DNA of 64,000 nucleotides from an uncultured Veillonellaceae bacterium (GTDB lineage Bacteria; Bacillota; Negativicutes; Veillonellales; Dialisteraceae): NCBI GenBank assembly GCA_958348245.1, contig CATVYJ010000005.1, positions 13,625 to 77,624 of the forward strand, read 5' to 3'. Shown piece by piece: positions 63,630 to 64,000 of this stretch (position 1 is its first letter; each line of letters starts with the position of its first letter). The notes under the pieces were generated by a model. It saw only the letters and a program-made list of their open reading frames with translations, ran no database searches and was not told where the DNA came from. The position numbers and the translations under genes were made by a program.

Positions 63630-64000
63630 ATGCAGAAAAAATGGATGAAAACTCTGGCGGCAGCAGGGGCCGCCCTGGTACTGGCAGGCGCGTTCGCAGG
63701 CTGCGGCGGCGGAGAAAAGAAAGCCGACACGGCGGCCGCCGACGGAAACAGCGCCAAAATCGGCTTCATCACCGCTTACACCGGCCCCGGCGCGGCGTAC
63801 GGCGTAGCCATGAAGGAAGGCGTGGATCTGGCTGTGGAGGAAATCAACAGCAACCCGAACACGAAAGTCAAGATCGACCTCTACACCTACGATACGAAGC
63901 TCGTGAAGAACGAAGCGATCAACGCCATGAAGAAAGCCATCGAGCAGGATAAAGTCCTCGCCATCGAAGGCCCGATGACCACCGGCGAAATGATGGCCGC
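63630..64000 (+). CDS. ABC transporter substrate-binding lipoprotein, LivJ/type-I PBP-like (probably branched-chain amino acids). The 3' end is cut by the window edge.
   Basis: MQKKWMKTLAAAGAALVLAGAFAGCGG (lipobox), ...AKIGFITAYTGPGAAYGVAMKEGVDLAVEEINS... Confidence 0.7.
   Translation, partial: MQKKWMKTLAAAGAALVLAGAFAGCGGGEKKADTAAADGNSAKIGFITAYTGPGAAYGVAMKEGVDLAVEEINSNPNTKVKIDLYTYDTKLVKNEAINAMKKAIEQDKVLAIEGPMTTGEMMA

Overview
This is a high-GC (about 65%) bacterial chromosomal window. It is probably from a diderm lineage such as Negativicutes or Synergistetes, because it carries a YadA-type trimeric autotransporter with an ESPR-type N-terminus (MNRIYKVVWNAARNAYVVGSEF). I worked from the sequence and the ORF track only, with no database searches; family assignments rest on motif recall.

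Minus-strand 5' end (0-6 kb): a 5-oxoprolinase-like operon, pxpA, an NRAMP-like ycsG, pxpB and pxpC, fused to accB, accC and a DUF1445 gene.

Plus-strand genes (6-30 kb): nfo, sbcD-sbcC, and a large trimeric autotransporter adhesin whose signal-peptide exon is out of frame across a G8 tract (phase-variation candidate). This is followed by a Cys-rich mini-protein and a 1.1-kb element bounded by roughly 58-bp inverted repeats and full of hairpins. Next come tyrS, a glyoxalase, tcdA, an MBL hydrolase, uspA, a DUF2157/GDYXXLXY pair, a SixA-like phosphatase, thiD, yfbR, lysE, ybaK, ridA, a nitroreductase and a tRNA Asn-Glu-Val cluster.

30-47 kb: tetR divergent from an HDAC-like deacetylase plus an MBL hydrolase, two MATE pumps, two SIMPL paralogs, purL, a TSCPD protein, a HAD hydrolase, ltaE and bioY-bioD-bioA.

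The most striking part is a lower-GC island (about 46.7-61.8 kb). It holds three paralogous cassettes of [OadB-like Na+-decarboxylase beta subunit] - [unannotated 39-aa OadG-like single-TM mini-peptide] - [Dcu-family C4-dicarboxylate transporter], plus a fourth solitary Dcu gene. Each cassette has its own TTGACA-17-TACAAT promoter and a roughly 190-nt leader with a conserved, covarying hairpin. Each Dcu gene is preceded by a conserved hairpin/U-tract spacer. Units 2 and 4 share 100%-identical DNA tracts, which indicates gene conversion or recent duplication. The island also carries a GNAT, an esterase and a TDT-family dicarboxylate transporter. No alpha (carboxyltransferase) or biotin-carrier subunit is encoded next to any of these beta subunits, an arrangement I do not recognise as described.

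The window ends with dagK (minus strand) and a tandem T-box leader in front of a LivJ-like ABC substrate-binding lipoprotein.
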